NCBI GenBank assembly: GCA_963821435.1
Contig: CAWGDR010000011.1
Coordinates: 185,277 to 249,276, forward strand
Direction of reading: 5' to 3'
Origin: an uncultured Acidobacteriota bacterium
Lineage (GTDB): Bacteria > Acidobacteriota > Thermoanaerobaculia > UBA5066
Length of the DNA: 64,000 bases
The notes under the pieces were generated by a model. It did no database searches. It was not told where the DNA came from and saw only the letters and a list, made by a program, of their open reading frames with translations. This document shows, one piece after another, positions 61,243 to 64,000 of this stretch; positions within the stretch are counted from its first letter, which is position 1; every line of letters starts with the position of its first letter. A program made the position numbers and the translations under genes.

Positions 61243-62733
61243 CCGCTCCCCGGCTCCTGATCGCCAACCGCGGCGAGATCGCCATCCGGATCATCCGGGC
61301 CTGCCGCGACCTCGGGATCACGCCGGTGGCCGTCTACTCGGAGACGGACCGGATGTCGCTCCACGTCCGCCTCTGCGACTACGCGGTCCCGATCGGTCCG
61401 CCCCCGGCGCGCGAGTCGTACCTCGTGCCGCAGAAGATCCTGGACGCCGCGAAGAGGACGGGAGCCACGCTCGTCCATCCCGGCTACGGCTTCCTCGCCG
61501 AAAACGCCGCCTTCGCGCAGGCCGTCCTCGACGCCGGCCTCGCCTGGGTCGGGCCGTCACCCGCCTCCATCTCCGCCATGGGCTCGAAGACCGCCTCGCG
61601 GGCGCGCATGCTCGCGGCCGGCGTTCCGGTCGTCCCCGGCATGACGACCCCGGCGAAGGACGCCGAGGAGATCGCGGCGTTCGGCGACGCGAACGGCTTC
61701 CCGCTGCTTCTCAAGGCGGCGGCGGGAGGGGGCGGGAAGGGAATGCGCGTCGTCCGGAGCCGCGACGAGGTCCCGGCGGCCTTCGCCCGGGCGCAGAGCG
61801 AGGCGAAGTCCTACTTCGCCGATTCGGCCGTCTACGCGGAGCACTTCGTCGAGAACCCGCGCCACATCGAAATCCAGGTTCTCGGGGACGCCACGGGAAA
61901 GGTGCTCGCCCTGGGCGAGCGCGAGTGCTCGCTCCAGAGGCGACACCAGAAGGTCCTCGAGGAGTGTCCCTCCGCGGCCGTCACTCCCGACCTCCGCCGC
62001 CGGATGGAGGAGGTCGCCGTCGCGGCCGCGAAGGCGGTGAACTACGTGTCGGCCGGGACGGTCGAGTTCCTCCTCGCGAAGGACGGCCGCTTCTTCTTCC
62101 TCGAGATGAACACGCGGATCCAGGTCGAGCACCCGGTCACCGAAGTCGTCTACGGCGTCGACCTCGTGACCGAGATGATCCGGATCGCGATGGGCGAGCC
62201 GATGTCGATCGCCGCCCGCCCGGAGCCGCGCGGTCACGCGCTCCAGTGCCGGATCTACGCGGAGGACGCCGCGCACAACTTCGCCCCGTCGCCCGGGAAG
62301 ATCCGGCGGCTCAGGCGGCCCCAGGGCCCCGGCGTCCGCGTCGACTCGGGCGTCGAGGAGGGGGACGTCGTGCCCCTCGACTACGACCCGATGGTCGCGA
62401 AGTTCGTCGTCTGGGGGAAGGACCGCGACGAGGCGATCCGGCGGACGCGGCGGGCGCTCGACCGAGTCGCGCGTCGAGGGAATCGATACCACGATCCCGT
62501 TCTTCCTCGCCTTGCTCGAGGACCCGGACGTCCTCGCCAACCGCGTCTCGACGCAGTTTCTCGACGGATGGAGCTACTCCCCGGCGGACCTCGGGCCCCG
62601 GGAGCGCCAGACGTCGCTCGCGGCCGCGGCACTCGACGCCTTCTCGCGCGCGGCGGCCGCGCGCCCCGACGTCGCGCCGCCCGTCGCCTCCGCGTGGCGG
62701 ACCGCGCGCCCGACCTTCGGAGTTCGCGAATGA
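61239..62733 (+). CDS. accC: biotin carboxylase (one frameshift near 62465)
   Basis: [53 protein letters not shown] and [16 protein letters not shown]. The C-terminus [29 protein letters not shown] continues in frame 1 to a TGA at 62731-62733. Confidence 0.85.
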
Positions 62734-63254
62734 AATTCCGCGCCCGCTCCGCCAACGGCGCCGCGGGCGAGACCCCGTTGACGCTGGAAGGCCCGGCCCC
62801 GGCCTTCTCCGTGACCGTCGATGGCACCCGCGTGTCGGGAAACGCCGTCTCGGAGAGACCGGGAACCTGGTCTCTCATCCTCGAAGACGGCCGGCAGATC
62901 GAGGTGAGCCTCGAGTCGCGGCCCGACGGGACGCTTCGCTCCCGGTTCGGCAACGGCGTCCTGGCGTTCGAGCTCGTGGACGAGCTGGCGGCGCTCGCGC
63001 AGGCCGGCGGTGGCCGTGGCCGTTCGAAGAAGGGCAACGTCGTCCCGGCCGCGATGCCGGGACGGGTCCTCCGCATCGCAGTCGCGCCCGGGGAGACCGT
63101 GACGGCGGGACAGCCGCTCCTGGTCCTCGAGGCGATGAAGATGGAGAACGAGGTCAAGTCGCCCCGCGACGGGACCGTCGATTCCGTCGCCGTCGCGGCC
63201 GGGCAGGCCGTGAGCGCTGGCGACGTTCTCGTGAAGCTTCGCCCCGAAGGCTGA
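62730..63254 (+). CDS. biotin carboxyl carrier (biotinyl/lipoyl domain) protein
   Basis: ATG overlaps the accC stop (ATGA). The C-terminal domain is [46 protein letters not shown], with the biotinyl-lysine motif EAMKME. Confidence 0.8.
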   Translation: MKFRARSANGAAGETPLTLEGPAPAFSVTVDGTRVSGNAVSERPGTWSLILEDGRQIEVSLESRPDGTLRSRFGNGVLAFELVDELAALAQAGGGRGRSKKGNVVPAAMPGRVLRIAVAPGETVTAGQPLLVLEAMKMENEVKSPRDGTVDSVAVAAGQAVSAGDVLVKLRPEG

Positions 63255-63315
63255 ACGGCCGCGGGTTCGCGTAAGCTCCGGGTTCGAGTCCGATTCGAGG
63301 AGGGCTTTCGACACG

Positions 63316-64000
63316 ATGTTCACGCTTCCGCGCTACTGCGTCGCCGCCGCCGTCTCCGTCGGCCGCGTTCTCCGCGGGCGGGCTCGCTCCCGCCGCGCAG
63401 GCGCCTCCGAAGGGCGCCCCGCCCCCGAAGGAGGCGTCCACGTCGGCTCCGAAGGCTCCCGAGGTGAAGGACGCGGCGCTGACCGCGTGGCTCGAGGGCT
63501 TCTTCACCTGGGGCCCGGGGGAGGTGAAGGTCGAGGAGGTCCCTCAGGTGAAGCTCCCGGGCGAGAAGCTCGTCCGGGTGACGAAGAGCTACGCCGGCGA
63601 CGCCCGGGCGAACGACCAGCTCTTCGCGGTGCTCGAGGAGGGGAGCCGCAGCGTCCTGATCGGCGACGCCTTCGGCGACGAGGAAAAGCTGAAGAACCCG
63701 GCCCCGGTCCGGACGGACGGCGATCTCGCCGGGCTGAAGGAGTCGCTGAAGAAGTACTTTCAGGCCCCCTTCCGGATGACACTCGATCCGTCGCTCGACC
63801 GGAAGGGGTGGAAGGGCGTCTGCTCCGCCCCGAGACGGGCTACGGTTCGTACCAGCTGGCCGCCTACGTCTCGGCGCAGGACGGCGGGGTCTTCTTGATC
63901 GGGCGTCCGTGGGACAGGAACCGGAGCGTGGCCGAGCAGCGCCGCGAGATGATCAAGCTCGCCGACACGCCCTCGGCCGGCCCCGCCGACGCGAAGATCA
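63316..64000 (+). CDS. secreted protein, probable N-terminal part of a DsbA/thioredoxin-like oxidoreductase (frameshifted; 3' end outside window)
   Basis: MFTLPRYCVAAAVSV.. is a signal peptide, followed by a PK-rich linker and ALTAWLEGFFTWGPGEVKVEEVPQVKLPGEKLVRVTKSY.... The window ends at ...ADTPSAGPADAKI, which usually precedes the FSDFQCPxC thioredoxin motif in DsbA-like proteins. Confidence 0.35.
   Translation, partial: MFTLPRYCVAAAVSVGRVLRGRARSRRAGASEGRPAPEGGVHVGSEGSRGEGRGADRVARGLLHLGPGGGEGRGGPSGEAPGREARPGDEELRRRRPGERPALRGARGGEPQRPDRRRLRRRGKAEEPGPGPDGRRSRRAEGVAEEVLSGPLPDDTRSVARPEGVEGRLLRPETGYGSYQLAAYVSAQDGGVFLIGRPWDRNRSVAEQRREMIKLADTPSAGPADAKI

Overview
This is a 64 kb, very GC-rich (about 70%) bacterial chromosomal window, gene-dense on both strands, with about 55 protein genes. 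I recognised no rRNA, tRNA, CRISPR array or mobile element. Gene content (sigma-54 regulators, GspG-like pilins, 7TMR-DISM diguanylate cyclase, FxLYD-like and TPR proteins) suggests an Acidobacteriota- or Myxococcota-like organism, but taxonomy cannot be fixed from sequence alone.

Gene order:
- psd (3' part)
- a polar amino-acid ABC transporter
- an AmiC amidase / MamK-like actin / proline-rich SPOR protein module
- epimerase, VIT1, SDR and MFS genes
- a 7TMR-DISM GGDEF cyclase
- a NitT/TauT-type ABC transporter
- RluA, a Ser/Thr kinase, GNAT and MalQ
- an STT3/AglB-like GT-C enzyme and an OM beta-barrel
- an intact cusCBA-type operon
- a PGM1-like ATP-grasp ligase
- a roughly 22 kb type IV pilus-like locus (31.5-53.6 kb)
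- selA, TldD/PmbA and DUF507
- acyl-CoA carboxylase subunits and a DsbA-like 5' fragment

The pilus-like locus contains two tandem GspG-like pilins, a YfhO-like GT-C protein, a prepilin peptidase with an insertion, a histidine kinase and a PilT. It also contains a HEAT-repeat::PilT fusion, four minor pilins, a giant PilY1-like adhesin, a further PilW-like pseudopilin and a sigma-54 response regulator.

Most interesting observations:
1. The pilus locus lacks PilB, PilC, PilQ and PilMNOP within the window.
2. The PilY1-like protein carries a roughly 400-residue (Thr-X)n insertion inside its vWA MIDAS loop.
3. There is a HEAT::PilT fusion ATPase.
4. A MamK-family actin is translationally coupled to a bitopic Pro-rich SPOR protein next to an amidase.
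5. An in-frame TGA with a downstream hairpin lies in an ABC substrate-binding protein, in a window that also encodes SelA.

Caveat: many genes are interrupted by single-base frameshifts that cluster in some blocks while about 20 kb blocks are clean. I give full-gene spans, and the internal junction positions are approximate.
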